Assembly (NCBI GenBank): GCA_043228905.1
Contig: JBHGNT010000002.1
Location: forward strand, 16,244,001-16,308,000
DNA: 64,000 nt
Reading direction: 5' to 3'
Source of the DNA: Azolla caroliniana
Lineage: Eukaryota; Plantae; Polypodiophyta
Shown: piece by piece, positions 63,328 to 64,000 of the stretch
Position numbering within the stretch: position 1 is the stretch's first letter
Layout: each line of letters opens with the position of its first letter
Position numbers and translations under genes: made by a program
Notes under the pieces: generated by a model
What the model was told of the DNA's origin: nothing
What the model saw: the letters and a program-made list of their open reading frames with translations, nothing else
The model's database searches: none

Positions 63328-64000
63328 ATGTCCAGCCAAATGGAAGGGGAAGAAGGGTGTTTAGAATTACCCCTCAATGATCATAAGGATAGGGATGATG
63401 CTATCAGGACACAACAAGCCATACGAAACTATTGGGCAGAAAAAAAAGGAAACATCGTCAATTGTTGAAGGATACGAAAGCCACACTTAGTAAAGGTAAG
63501 GATAGTTTAGCTGAGAATGTAAGTAATGTGACTACCATCATAGAGAGAAAGGTTGTAGACTATTTCAATGTTCAAACCAAGCACATCAACAATGAAAAAA
63601 AGAAGGTAGTACTTTATGGAATATGTAATGATCCATCGATAAAGGACTTAGTTGATTGTGATGGTCTTAATGCAAACATATCATTTGTTTTAGTAAATAA
63701 TCTTCATAATAGTTTCATATCCATGAGCCGGTTAGAAGATGATCTTGTCTTAAAAAGGTCTAGTCTAATGATGTTACTTAATAGTGATGTTGACGATATA
63801 AACATCAGTGAGCTATCTAAGGTAATTGGTGTTAGTAGAAAAACAGTGTACAATACAATGAACCGTATAATTTCCTCGAGTGAAGGAACTAGTCTACTAA
63901 AGCTAACTACAAGATGTAAGCCAATGACACCCATAACATTTGAAATCAAGGATGTAATCACAATGTTTTGGACTAATGAGAGTAGGGTTTCACCCAATAA
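63328..64000 (+). pseudogene. Degenerate ORF with an HTH-like motif, possibly a DNA-transposon protein
   Basis: MSSQMEGEEG... and ISELSKVIGVSRKTVYNTMNR with frameshifts. It lies in the sequence that replaces the copia LTR at 62307. Confidence 0.4.

Overview
Eukaryotic, repeat-dense land-plant DNA. A fern-like non-seed plant is my inference from the element types and cannot be proven from this window. Most of the window is nested and decayed LTR retrotransposons: several Ty1/copia copies, a very young chromovirus, Athila-like elements with an extra ORF, a self-priming LTR fragment, and a tRNA-Trp-primed Ty3/gypsy group. A host island at about 32.1-41.2 kb holds one intact six-exon RRM gene (RBM24/RBM38/ARP1-like, with a probable GC-AG intron). 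Convergent to it is a telo-box/TATA-driven snoRNA locus (snR39b/SNORD2-like C/D box plus an H/ACA candidate). The most striking pattern is a group of LTRs with TGTCG...CGACA ends whose insertions make 4-bp target duplications centred on CG. Its full-length members also show a conserved -1 frameshift after the protease, and two solo copies carry an intact tRNA-like A/B box. Other notable items are a copia 3' end with a retained PBS and rebuilt terminus, and a spliced GH1 beta-glucosidase fragment captured behind an LTR and PBS. Coordinates were counted by hand and may be off by a few bases.
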